A DNA stretch of 56,648 nucleotides from a virus (lineage: Duplodnaviria > Caudoviricetes). Positions 18,193 to 27,301 of the stretch are shown here, piece by piece. The notes under the pieces were generated by a model that did not search any database, was not told the DNA's origin, and was given only the letters and a program-made list of their open reading frames with translations. Position numbers and translations under genes: made by a program. Every line of letters begins with the position of its first letter. Within the stretch, counting starts at the first letter, position 1. Location of the stretch: IMG/VR virus record IMGVR_UViG_3300048834_000930, positions 1 to 56,648 of that record. One strand, given 5' to 3'.

Positions 18193-18339
18193 TTACTTCT
18201 TTTGCTGATCAGTTGGCGGCCGCGGATTTGAATCGACGCCACTCCGCCTGGTATCGAGATTCTTCGGATCGGCAGGCGGAATCGGGTTTGGCTTGCGCGT
18301 GATAGTAAGAGGCTCACCCTTAGTCTGATCCTGTGACAT
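18193..18339 (-). CDS. 48-aa Pro-rich peptide
   Basis: MSQDQTKGEPLTITRKPNPIPPADPKNLDTRRSGVDSNPRPPTDQQKK, overlaps 3' end of the 2TM gene. Confidence 0.55.
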   Translation of the reverse strand: MSQDQTKGEPLTITRKPNPIPPADPKNLDTRRSGVDSNPRPPTDQQKK

Positions 18340-18847
18340 TATGCGACTTTTGCACACCTGCGGCAGAAATTCCAAGTGCATCATGGGCTTCGCGCTGAAA
18401 TTTGAGAATGCGCCGCTTGGAGTCGCTAACACTGTTCTGCAGCTTACCTATGGCCATAAGTTCCGATTCAAGCCTTTGAATTTCTTCGTCAGAGATCTCG
18501 TGGCCAAGCTCGCATTTTCGCCAAAGCTCCTTCGTTTTTTGCACCAAATCGGTCCAGCGAGGAATGGATAGCGAGAGGCAGACGATCTTTTCTCGCAAGC
18601 ATAGCCATCGCTCAAGACTAACAAGTGCAGCTGGCAATGCGGCCAAAATTGAAGTTGCAAGCGGCTCCTTGCCAGCATAGGACAGCAAACTTGTCAGACC
18701 CGTGGAGATTACCCCGCCTGCGTAAGCAATGCCGAGCAGCCTTCGGCTCCAGTCGTACATCGACTTTGCTTGCAACAGATTGGCCAGCGAGTCACATCTG
18801 AGATCGTTAATGGCAATTCGAACTGGCTCTGGATTGATGCTCACCAT
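18320..18847 (-). CDS. 2TM membrane protein, SLATT-like
   Basis: Two hydrophobic segments (LLGIAYAGGVISTGLTSLL; ILAALPAALVSL) then helical tail; paralog of 19041..19607. Confidence 0.7.
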   Translation of the reverse strand: MVSINPEPVRIAINDLRCDSLANLLQAKSMYDWSRRLLGIAYAGGVISTGLTSLLSYAGKEPLATSILAALPAALVSLERWLCLREKIVCLSLSIPRWTDLVQKTKELWRKCELGHEISDEEIQRLESELMAIGKLQNSVSDSKRRILKFQREAHDALGISAAGVQKSHNVTGSD

Positions 18848-18931
18848 GCGTCTGATGATCGCAGAGTGAGGCCAAAAAAACAAAACCAAGGCTCACTCCC
18901 CATCCAATTTCGACGGCGGGCGCATCACGAC

Positions 18932-19108
18932 TTACTCGGCCGGCTTAGGCGGATTGCTTCCGGATGGGTCGCTTGGCAATGAAGGCGAGGGAGTTGGCTG
19001 CGGGCGAGGCAGTGTTGCCGGTCGCTGCAACTTTGTATCCTCACGTCGTTCGGGTGTTGTTGCTGGGCGAAGTGGCTTCGTAAAGGGCTCTCTCTCGTTT
19101 CCGGACAT
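18932..19108 (-). CDS. 58-aa Pro-rich peptide
   Basis: MSGNEREPFTKPLRPATTPERR...PSGSNPPKPAE, overlaps 3' end of the 2TM gene. Confidence 0.55.
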   Translation of the reverse strand: MSGNEREPFTKPLRPATTPERREDTKLQRPATLPRPQPTPSPSLPSDPSGSNPPKPAE

Positions 19109-19607
19109 GAGGCAGCATTTTAGCGTCTGGAGGCAGCAGGCCAAGTGCAATTTCGGCCTTTATTAGAAACTCAGCCGACGCCTTCTCGTCATCTGGAAGT
19201 GACGCCTGGGCACTCTCAATCGCGTCACGCTTAGATTCGAGGCGCCTGATGTCATCTTTTAAAACCAGCTCGCCGGAGATCACCTCTCGGTAGAGATCGC
19301 ACGCCTCACGATCTAGTTCGAGCCACTGACTATGCGTTCTGCCAAGGATCACAATCTGCTCTCTTAGGCCAAGGCTTCGCTCAAGAGCCACCAGAACCGC
19401 TGGAATCCCGGTCAATACTGTTAGCAGCAGCTTCTCCCAGCCGACGCTTGCGCCGTATGCAGTAACAAGAGACATGACTGCTCCAGTGAACATCATGGCA
19501 TTGAGATACCTCCGCGCACGGTCAAGATTCGCCTTGCACTGCAAATAATTCATCCGAGCATAAACACGCAGTTCATTCGCTGAGATCTGAATCGGAGTCA
19601 ATTCCAT
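19041..19607 (-). CDS. 2TM membrane protein, SLATT-like
   Basis: TM1 AMMFTGAVMSLVTAYG, TM2 LLLTVLTGIPAVLVAL; shares LERxLxLRE, W..L and I.RLES with 18320..18847. Confidence 0.7.
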   Translation of the reverse strand: MELTPIQISANELRVYARMNYLQCKANLDRARRYLNAMMFTGAVMSLVTAYGASVGWEKLLLTVLTGIPAVLVALERSLGLREQIVILGRTHSQWLELDREACDLYREVISGELVLKDDIRRLESKRDAIESAQASLPDDEKASAEFLIKAEIALGLLPPDAKMLPHVRKRERALYEATSPSNNTRTT

Positions 19608-19669
19608 GTGCGAACCTTCCCGCAAATCACTCTGAAAGCAAACTCAAGGATCATCCCCGCCATCGGCGA

Positions 19670-20158
19670 TCACTCCCCATCCAATTTCGGCGGCCACTCA
19701 CCTTCCCAACCCGGAGGACGGCCGGCCTTGAGCACACCCGCCGTGAGCATCCATCGGCCCACGGTTGCGGTTCCCATCGCATTGCATGCTTTCGACCACT
19801 TTTCGATGGCCAGTCGCAAGGCTGGATCTATTTCGATGCTGATTTTCGGGCTCTTGGTTCTTGGGGTCTTGGTGGCAGACGAGTCAATCTCAAGATTGCC
19901 AAAAAGAACCTCTCGTTGCGCCTCTTCCTCTAGCGTTATGGCCTTGTCGCGACGGCGGCCACCCTCAGATGTCTTTTCTCGAGAGAGAGCATCAAGCGTC
20001 GCTGCGTCGAGCTCTGCCTCTGCCACCCTCATCTCCTGTGTCATGGCGGCAATAGCCTCCTGATCGCCGGAGGATAGGATTTCAACGAGGGAATCCGTCG
20101 CTTCCTGCAGTCGCCGAGTTGCGGCCATGAGTCGCCGCGTTCGAGGGACAAGGGTCAA
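19670..20158 (-). CDS. putative regulator with C-terminal ribbon-helix-helix
   Basis: KISIEIDPALRLAIEKW...TATVGRWML fits RHH; divergent from the HTH gene across an AT-rich gap; start may be 20128. Confidence 0.55.
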   Translation of the reverse strand: MTLVPRTRRLMAATRRLQEATDSLVEILSSGDQEAIAAMTQEMRVAEAELDAATLDALSREKTSEGGRRRDKAITLEEEAQREVLFGNLEIDSSATKTPRTKSPKISIEIDPALRLAIEKWSKACNAMGTATVGRWMLTAGVLKAGRPPGWEGEWPPKLDGE

Positions 20159-20349
20159 GGCGCGGAGTATGCCAAAGTCGAACGCTTGTGCACCTGAACG
20201 GATTATCAGTGCTTTAGATCCTAGAATTCACGCTTTCTGGGCCGCACGTTCATTTCCGCTCGAAATGCGCGCTATGTCCGCATTTAATACCACGAAATTA
20301 CTCCCACGTAATTGCATGGCAATACAAAAGAGCGTATACCCAATAGCAG

Positions 20350-20709
20350 ATGCCTGAATCCAAACGACAGCCGGACTACGGCTTTCTGGCCGAACTCGAA
20401 AATGCCGGCCAACAGCTACTCACCCCGGCCGAGGCGAGTCGCGTCCTCGGAATTACCGAGTCAGCGCTCTACCAACGCCGACGCCAAGGCGTCGCGCCGA
20501 ACTACAACAAGCGCGAGGACGGTCGCGTGGTCTATCTGCTCGAAGTTATCAGTGTGTACCTGCGAGGCGCGAGCACGGCTTCCACAACTGAATCGCGTGC
20601 GCGGAGACTCGGCCTTCTGCCCGCCAAAACCATCACGAAGTCGCGGGGCTCCAAATCTCAGCCAGTAATCAGCCGCAAGCCAGGCGAGGGGGTCTCCCGT
20701 GACCGGTGA
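20350..20709 (+). CDS. excisionase/AlpA-like HTH DNA-binding protein
   Basis: LLTPAEASRVLGITESALYQRRRQGVAPNY.K...RVVY. Confidence 0.8.
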   Translation: MPESKRQPDYGFLAELENAGQQLLTPAEASRVLGITESALYQRRRQGVAPNYNKREDGRVVYLLEVISVYLRGASTASTTESRARRLGLLPAKTITKSRGSKSQPVISRKPGEGVSRDR

Positions 20710-20929
20710 GCCGACGCCTGAGCCAGTGCCCGATCTCGCGGCTTACAACGCGTTTCGGGAATTCGTCACTGAACGCACCAATGTGGCCAACGCCGCAAAC
20801 GCCAAACTGGAAACCGTGAAGACTCATGTCGAAGCAATCCGAACCCTCCACACCGCCGGAAACACCCCATCGACCACCGAGGCCATTGAGGCTCTCGCAA
20901 CATTTCTCGGCATGCCCCCGGGAGTTTAG
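20699..20929 (+). CDS. hypothetical protein
   Basis: Overlapping ORF in the early operon. Confidence 0.5.
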   Translation: MTGEPTPEPVPDLAAYNAFREFVTERTNVANAANAKLETVKTHVEAIRTLHTAGNTPSTTEAIEALATFLGMPPGV

Positions 20930-21054
20930 GCCGATGTTCCCGCATTGCGCCAAGCAAGTGCTCACCGTCGGCAAGATGACCGGCGCTCTCGTTAGTCACT
21001 AAACAACTTTCATAGACTGTTTTTGCATGCGTGAAATATCGCCACGGGATTCTT

Positions 21055-21219
21055 ATGTCTTGGAATCAGCCACTTTACGACGATGACAGCGATTTTGATC
21101 AGCGCGAATGGCTGGACCCTAGCGAGCTTCCGCGCCCGAAATGCCGGTTTTGCGGCGGCCAAGGCTGGACTTGGGAAGGCGGCCCATGCGGCTGCGACGA
21201 GCGAGAGAAGGCCGAATAG
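21055..21219 (+). CDS. small zinc-finger protein
   Basis: CRFCGGQG...CGC. Confidence 0.5.
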   Translation: MSWNQPLYDDDSDFDQREWLDPSELPRPKCRFCGGQGWTWEGGPCGCDEREKAE

Positions 21220-21296
21220 GCCAATCGAGGTTTGCCCCTCGAATCCAGCGTTCACGTCGTGAACATTGGCTTCGGTGCGCAAAAAGGAGTTCGAAT

Positions 21297-21809
21297 ATGG
21301 AAATTGTTTCAAGAATAGAAGTTAGAGGTCGCGCAGCGTCGCGGGAAGTGGCAAATCGCTACCGCGTGCTCGCGGATGAATGCGAGGAAAAGGCGACGCA
21401 CATCGAGCGCGCGTCCGCCTACAACCCCAATGCAACCATCGAGTTCGCCGGCGGCCAATGGGTTGCTGGAATGACGATCGAAGGCTGTGGCATCCATTGG
21501 GAAGTCGAAGCTGCGGCCGACGATCCGCTTTCGGCTTCCATCGCGCTGTCGGATCGTGTCCTCGCTCGCGCAACCTTTCTTGATGTTGCGATATTGCCAA
21601 GCTTCGAGGTTCGGGCGGTCACGAATCTTGGTTGCTTTCGCGGCAAACTCATCCATTGGACGTCTCAACTGACGTTCGCCGCAAAGCTTGATGAGGATGA
21701 CCTTGCCGCGCTTGAGGATCTCGGCATCGAGGTTGATGCCGCAAATGGTGGATTTTTGATCGTCAAGGATCGCTATTCGAGCGATGGGAAGTCGAGGCCC
21801 AAGGTATGA
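21297..21809 (+). CDS. hypothetical protein
   Basis: AAGGAG RBS; ATGA coupling to the methyltransferase. Confidence 0.65.
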   Translation: MEIVSRIEVRGRAASREVANRYRVLADECEEKATHIERASAYNPNATIEFAGGQWVAGMTIEGCGIHWEVEAAADDPLSASIALSDRVLARATFLDVAILPSFEVRAVTNLGCFRGKLIHWTSQLTFAAKLDEDDLAALEDLGIEVDAANGGFLIVKDRYSSDGKSRPKV

Positions 21810-22438
21810 GCGACACACTTTTTGCCGAGGTTCCGAGCGAGAAGCGACTAGCCAAGTTCGAGGTCAACTACACGCCGATCAGTGTCGTGCGCCAATGTCT
21901 AACCAAATTGAAGCAGCGCCACGACCTGAAAGTGAAGTCGTTTCTCGACCCGTCGGCTGGGTCTGGCGTGTATTGCAAAGTGGTCCGCGAACTTTGGCCG
22001 AGCGCCTACATTTGCGCGGTTGAACCACGCGAGGAAGAGCGGGAGGGGCTGCTCAAGCTGGCTGACGATGTGACGATCGATACATTCGACCACGCGAGCT
22101 GGTCTCCCAACTCGTTTGATCTCATCGCAACAAATCCACCTTTCACTTTCACTCACGCCTTGGTGCGATCAATCATCGAGAACGGCCTCTGCGATATGCT
22201 CTTTCTTCTCGACAAAACGCAGGCGTTTCAACGCAGCAAAGCCGGCGTCAAATTGCTTGAGGACTGCCCGCCGGCCGAGGAGTATCGCATCGCCCAATCG
22301 ATACGGTTTCGCGCTAAAGGATCGGGCGACAGCATCTGTTATTCTCATTGGCTTTGGAACTTAAACACCGCGTCGCTTGGCCATTGGAACGCGATTCAAC
22401 TGCCCCTCTTGGACGCGGCGGAAAGGCGTCACCGATGA
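21806..22438 (+). CDS. DNA amino-methyltransferase (N6-adenine type)
   Basis: YTP, motif I FLDPSAGSG, motif IV ATNPPF. Confidence 0.85.
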   Translation: MSDTLFAEVPSEKRLAKFEVNYTPISVVRQCLTKLKQRHDLKVKSFLDPSAGSGVYCKVVRELWPSAYICAVEPREEEREGLLKLADDVTIDTFDHASWSPNSFDLIATNPPFTFTHALVRSIIENGLCDMLFLLDKTQAFQRSKAGVKLLEDCPPAEEYRIAQSIRFRAKGSGDSICYSHWLWNLNTASLGHWNAIQLPLLDAAERRHR

Positions 22439-22662
22439 GTAAGCCGCGAACAAAGCCGATTCCGCCCTTCATCGCCATGTATCGCACGCCTCGCGTCTCC
22501 GATACCGACACTTTCGGGCGCGTGCTCGTTTGGGATGGCGTTGGGTATCAACCGCGAGCCGTCGAATTGATGGACGACCGCGACATTTGGGTCCCGATGC
22601 CGCGCCGACCCACAAAGGCGTTACTCGCCCGCGCTGCGAAAGTTGAAAAGGTTGCATCATGA
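22435..22662 (+). CDS. hypothetical protein
   Basis: ATGA-coupled on both sides. Confidence 0.55.
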   Translation: MSKPRTKPIPPFIAMYRTPRVSDTDTFGRVLVWDGVGYQPRAVELMDDRDIWVPMPRRPTKALLARAAKVEKVAS

Positions 22663-23291
22663 ATCTCACCGACATCGACGGCCTTGTGCTCTTCTTCGAC
22701 ACCGAGACCACTGGTCTGCCCGACGATCGTTTGCCTTACGAGCACCCCTCGCAGCCGCACATTGTTCAGCTGGCGTGGTGCCTTGCGCGACCTGGCGGCG
22801 GCATTTCGAGTGAGGGCGGTTTCATTATCGACGCGGGCGTGCCGGTGCCAAATGCCGCAGCGAAAGTGCACGGCATCACGACGGAACGCGCCAAAGCAGA
22901 GGGAATCGCAGCCCGCAGTGCCCTGCATATCTTCTGCGCGCTGGCGAAGAAGGCTGTCGCCGTGTGCTGCCACAATGTCGAGTTCGACTTGCTCATGATC
23001 GACATCGCGCTCCACCGTTGCGAGCAGGGCAGGGCGCGAGACGCCATTCGGGCAATGCCCAAGATTTGCACAATGGAGCTCTCACGCGACATCTGCAAGA
23101 TTCCACCAACCGAGCGAATGATCGCGGCTGGCAGGACTGGATTCAAATCGCCTTCGCTCATGGAGGCGCACAAAATCGTCGTGGGCTACGAATTCGATGG
23201 TGCACATGATGCGCGGTACGATGTTCGCGCGTGTCGAAACATTTTTGAACAATTGCGAATTATTGAGCACGGTGCTATTTTGGCGAGATAG
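22659..23291 (+). CDS. DEDDh 3'-5' exonuclease (DnaQ-like)
   Basis: FFDTETTGL, VHGIT, HNVEFD, AHDARYDV. Confidence 0.92.
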   Translation: MNLTDIDGLVLFFDTETTGLPDDRLPYEHPSQPHIVQLAWCLARPGGGISSEGGFIIDAGVPVPNAAAKVHGITTERAKAEGIAARSALHIFCALAKKAVAVCCHNVEFDLLMIDIALHRCEQGRARDAIRAMPKICTMELSRDICKIPPTERMIAAGRTGFKSPSLMEAHKIVVGYEFDGAHDARYDVRACRNIFEQLRIIEHGAILAR

Positions 23292-23298
23292 GATTGGT

Positions 23299-23523
23299 AT
23301 GAACTATCGGCAGGTAAACAATGATATCGGCAAAGAGGCTCGCATTTTTGTCCCGGATGGGATGCCGCCGCTGAGCGTCGACTTTGCTCCGTCTAGCGAT
23401 GGGGTTGGCTACTCGGCGGACGGGTGGCACTGCAAGTGTTACGATAGAGGTGATATTGCCCTGGGTCCGCGATGGGAATATCACAAGTCGCCCAAGCAGC
23501 GGCGCGGTCACCCGATCAAGTAG
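23299..23523 (+). CDS. hypothetical protein
   Basis: Short ORF after the exonuclease. Confidence 0.45.
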   Translation: MNYRQVNNDIGKEARIFVPDGMPPLSVDFAPSSDGVGYSADGWHCKCYDRGDIALGPRWEYHKSPKQRRGHPIK

Positions 23524-23595
23524 GCCAAGCAAATAGACCGTAGATCGACCGGATTCCTACGCTTGCGCGTGAAAGGGCCGGCTAAGGCATTGGTT

Positions 23596-24474
23596 ATGAG
23601 CGCTATCGCAACTACATCCACACCGCCATCGATCCTCAGCCTCTCCGCCGACACGCTCGGCGAGATTGCAAAGCTCAATACGTCGCTTGCCGAGTTCGCC
23701 ACGACGGAGATCACGGACTCGAACTTCGCCGCCGCAAATGCGGCCGTCGCAAAGTCTGCCAAAATCAAAAAGGCGATCGAGGCTGAAGCGAAGGAGCGCA
23801 AGCGCAAGATCGATGCACAAAAAAAGCTCGTTGATGCCGCTGTCGAGTCGGCGCTCGGCGAGCTCACGGCCGCCCTGAAGCCCATCAACCAAAGCCTCGC
23901 GGCCTACGCCGCCCGCAAGGAAGAGGAACGCCAGGCCGCCATCGCGGAAGCTCGCCGCATCGAAGCCGAGGAACGAGCCCGCAAAGCCGAGGAAGCTCGC
24001 ATCGCCGCCGAGGCCCGTGCCGCCCAAGCTCGACGAGAGGCCGAGGCTCGCGCGGAGGCAGTGCGCCAGGCCGAGGAGTTGCGACGCATTGAGTTGGCTC
24101 GCCAAGCCGCGCTCAAGGCCGGTGAGCCGCTGCCGCCCAAGCCGATTGAGGTCGTCACTGCTGCGGCCGCGGAGCCCGATCCATGGGATGTGCCGGAACC
24201 CACGCCGGCAATCGTCCCCGAAGTCGTGTGCGCCGATCTTGGCCGCGTCACGCCGGTCGCGAGGCCGGTCATCCCTGCGGCCGTGAAGACGGCTGTCCGC
24301 ACTCGAACGGTTCAAAAACTCGAAATCTTTGATGAGTCCGCCATCCCGGCAATCGCCTTGAACGGCGCGGTGCTACGCAAGGTCGATAATGCAGCGGTAA
24401 CCGCTGCGCTCAAGGCCGGCATCAATGTGCCAGGTGCGAGACTTGTATCGGAGGAGTTGACCTACAACGCATAG
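23596..24474 (+). CDS. coiled-coil protein with Gp157-like C-terminus
   Basis: Long EAR-rich coil; EIFDESAIP...VDNAAV.AALKAG..VPGARL. Confidence 0.7.
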   Translation: MSAIATTSTPPSILSLSADTLGEIAKLNTSLAEFATTEITDSNFAAANAAVAKSAKIKKAIEAEAKERKRKIDAQKKLVDAAVESALGELTAALKPINQSLAAYAARKEEERQAAIAEARRIEAEERARKAEEARIAAEARAAQARREAEARAEAVRQAEELRRIELARQAALKAGEPLPPKPIEVVTAAAAEPDPWDVPEPTPAIVPEVVCADLGRVTPVARPVIPAAVKTAVRTRTVQKLEIFDESAIPAIALNGAVLRKVDNAAVTAALKAGINVPGARLVSEELTYNA

Positions 24475-24486
24475 CACCGCTCGCCC

Positions 24487-24543
24487 GAGCTCGCCCGCAC
24501 CGTGTCGCATTTGCGATGATCGGGCGGGCTCAAGGCGTTGAGG
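24487..24543 (+). repeat. intergenic hairpin motif, copy 3
   Basis: GAGCTCGCCCGCAC...CGGGCGGGCTCAAGGCGTTGAGG. Confidence 0.75.
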
Positions 24544-24555
24544 AAAAGGAAAAGA

Positions 24556-25500
24556 ATGCTAACTGAAGCGCAAAAAATTGTCCGTCTCGGACGCATGACT
24601 TCATCAGTTGTCTCGGGTGCGCTCGGCGTAAACCCTCACATGACACCGATCGCAGCATGGGAATCGATCCGCGGCGAGTCACTTTTTGAGGGCAACAAGG
24701 CCACTGAGCGGGGCAATCTGCTCGAAGAGCCGATCTTGCAATACCCGTGCGAGGCAATGGGCCTTGTTCGCGGCCCGGTCAACTTCGTTTCGATCGAAGA
24801 TTGGGCCGGCGATTCAACCGATGCCACCTATTACCAAGATGGCAAACTCATCGCCATTGGCGAAGGCAAGTCCGTCGCGCAGGGAGCTGAGAAAGGCTGG
24901 GGCGAACCCGGCACCGATCAGGTTCCGCCGCACGTTGCCATTCAATGCCACTGGCACTTGATCCACTGGCCCGAGGCTGAGCGGTGTTTGGTCCCTGTGC
25001 TATTCGGCGGCTACGATTTTCGATTCGAAATCTACATCGTCGAGCGTGACTCGGAGATCGAAGAGCATCTTTGGGCGCAAGCGAAGGCGTGGCACGAAGA
25101 ATACGTGATCGGCAACGTGCGACCTCCAGTCAATGGCGGCGACATGGCATGGCTCAAGGCGCGGCATCCATGCAACTTCCGCGACGAGCTTGAGTTTAGC
25201 CCCACGCTGGATGAGCTATGCTTTCAAGCCTTGGAGGCGACCGAGAATCGCAAGGCGTATGAGCTGATTGAAGAGTCGGCCAAAGCTCGGGTCATGGACT
25301 GGCTCGGAGACTACGGCACGCATCGCGGCGCACTGACGCAAGTAACGTGGCGCAACAACAAAGACTCGCTCAAGACAGACTGGGAGGCTGTTGCAATGGC
25401 CTTGGGGGCAACGCCCGAGCTGATTGCCGCCCACTCGGAAATGAAGCAAGGCACTCGCGTCTTGAAAATTTCGCAAGCAAAATTGAAAGGTAAAAAATGA
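24556..25500 (+). CDS. YqaJ/lambda-exonuclease-like recombination nuclease
   Basis: SS.VSGALGVNPHMTP, RGNLLEE, STD..EGK, QCHW. Confidence 0.88.
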   Translation: MLTEAQKIVRLGRMTSSVVSGALGVNPHMTPIAAWESIRGESLFEGNKATERGNLLEEPILQYPCEAMGLVRGPVNFVSIEDWAGDSTDATYYQDGKLIAIGEGKSVAQGAEKGWGEPGTDQVPPHVAIQCHWHLIHWPEAERCLVPVLFGGYDFRFEIYIVERDSEIEEHLWAQAKAWHEEYVIGNVRPPVNGGDMAWLKARHPCNFRDELEFSPTLDELCFQALEATENRKAYELIEESAKARVMDWLGDYGTHRGALTQVTWRNNKDSLKTDWEAVAMALGATPELIAAHSEMKQGTRVLKISQAKLKGKK

Positions 25501-26843
25501 TTAAAGGGTTCACACCGCAACTTGCCGAGGGTGGCAAGATCAAAATCGGCGGGCTCGGAGAGGCTCGCAAAAGCAAGAATGGCAACGAATTTCGAATGCC
25601 GGTAAAGCACGACCATTTTCTCGTGACCGAGACCGAGCGCGATCCGGCGACGAGCAACTTTCGCGTGCGCGAGAGCGTGATGGAGCAACTGAAAAAAGAC
25701 GATGATGGGCAGGTTCGCGAGATTCCAATTTTCGTTCACTCGGATGAAATCGAAGAGGTGTTTCCGACTGCATACGCGCTTTACTCCGGTCGGAGAATGC
25801 AGTGCCGTGGCGATGGAGAAGAGGCGATGCGCAAGAATGATGCCGGCGTGGCGGTGAAGGTCGCTTGCCCATGCGATCGCCTTGTGAAGCGGGAATGTAA
25901 GCCGCACGGCACGTTGCATTGCTCGATACGCGTGCCTGGCCAGGGACTTGCCGGCGCGGTCTACAAAGTGCGCACGACGTCCGAGATTACGATTCGTCGC
26001 ATCATCGGTTCGCTGATTCAGATTCGGCAGACGGTTGGAGTTTTGCGCGGGCTGCCGCTCGTGCTTTGTCTGAAGCCTGTCGACGTCAATCCTGGCGGCG
26101 TCGCGTCGAAGGTCTACGTGCTTCATATCGAGCTCCGCGAAGAGAATCTGATTGAAGTTCAGCGCCAAGCGATCGAGTCGGCGAAGATGCGCGCGAGCGT
26201 GATGCGAGCGTACGACATTGACTACAAGCAGCTGATTCAGGGGCCTGGACTTGATGAGGATGACGATGAACAGGACCACCTCAACCAAGAGTATTCCCCG
26301 GAAACGGTGAATCCGGGCGAGGTGTCCGTTGTCACTGTCGAGTCGCTCACGCAAAAGGTGCGAGAGGCTGGCAGTGCTGGCGCGCAGAGCGTTCGAGAAA
26401 AGCTTGGCATGGGCAATGCTGCGCCGCCGAAGCAGCTTGAGCAGCCGAAGCCGGTCGCATCGAACCAGGTCGCCGCGTTGCCTGTCAGTGATCGCGTCAA
26501 ATCAGCATTCGCATGGCTCGGCGCGAAGGGGCTGAAAGAGAAAGTCGTGCTCGGCAACATTGGGCGCGAATCTCTTGCCGATGTCACCGACGACGATTTT
26601 GCAATCCTTCGCATCGCCGTCAAGGCGATCCAAGGTGGGGGCAAGCCGGAGCTCGCGCTCATCTCGGCATGTTGGGCGTCGAGGGGTGTGCGAGACGATG
26701 AGCTTGCGCAGATCCTCGGCCGAATAACGATCGACGAGATCGACGATCACGATCGAGAGGCTCTCATTCGGGCGGCGAAGTACGATGACCCGAAGAGATT
26801 TCTGCTTGGTGTTGTTGGAGCTGAAGAGAAAGAGGCAGGATAA
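25497..26843 (+). CDS. recombination-associated protein (Gp3-like / RDF-like family), in the annealase position
   Basis: GKIKIG...P.K.DHF.VT...CRGDGE...CPC...CKPHG.L...G.VYK.RTTS...I...L; between YqaJ and SSB. Confidence 0.7.
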   Translation: MIKGFTPQLAEGGKIKIGGLGEARKSKNGNEFRMPVKHDHFLVTETERDPATSNFRVRESVMEQLKKDDDGQVREIPIFVHSDEIEEVFPTAYALYSGRRMQCRGDGEEAMRKNDAGVAVKVACPCDRLVKRECKPHGTLHCSIRVPGQGLAGAVYKVRTTSEITIRRIIGSLIQIRQTVGVLRGLPLVLCLKPVDVNPGGVASKVYVLHIELREENLIEVQRQAIESAKMRASVMRAYDIDYKQLIQGPGLDEDDDEQDHLNQEYSPETVNPGEVSVVTVESLTQKVREAGSAGAQSVREKLGMGNAAPPKQLEQPKPVASNQVAALPVSDRVKSAFAWLGAKGLKEKVVLGNIGRESLADVTDDDFAILRIAVKAIQGGGKPELALISACWASRGVRDDELAQILGRITIDEIDDHDREALIRAAKYDDPKRFLLGVVGAEEKEAG

Positions 26844-27271
26844 TGGCCGGAATCAATAAAGTCATCATCATCGGGCGATTGGGGCGAGACCCAGAAATTC
26901 GCTACACCCAAGGCGGGCAACCTGTCTGCAATCTCAACGTCGCAACCTCGCGGCAGTGGCTCAACAAGCAGACCAATCAAAAAGAGGAAGAGACCGAATG
27001 GCACCGTGTGGTGGTGTGGGGCAAGACGGCCGAGCACTGCAATAACTACTTAGCCAAAGGTCGCGAGGTCTACGTGGAAGGCCGCCTTAAAACATCGTCG
27101 TACGACAAGGATGGGCAGAAGCACTATTCAACCGACATCGTTGCTGAAGTCGTGCAATTCCTCGGTGGCGTCGGTGATGGAAAGGGAGCAAAGCGCGACG
27201 ACGAAACGCGTGACAGTCGCGACCCGCAGGAGAATTATTCGGCGCGGGATGACGATGACATTCCTTTTTGA
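26843..27271 (+). CDS. ssb: single-stranded DNA-binding protein
   Basis: NKVIIIGRLGRDPE...TEWHRVV.WGK...VEGRL...DDDIPF. Confidence 0.97.
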   Translation: MAGINKVIIIGRLGRDPEIRYTQGGQPVCNLNVATSRQWLNKQTNQKEEETEWHRVVVWGKTAEHCNNYLAKGREVYVEGRLKTSSYDKDGQKHYSTDIVAEVVQFLGGVGDGKGAKRDDETRDSRDPQENYSARDDDDIPF

Positions 27272-27301
27272 TGTATACTGAGCCCGCCACGCGGGCCCAA
27301 C

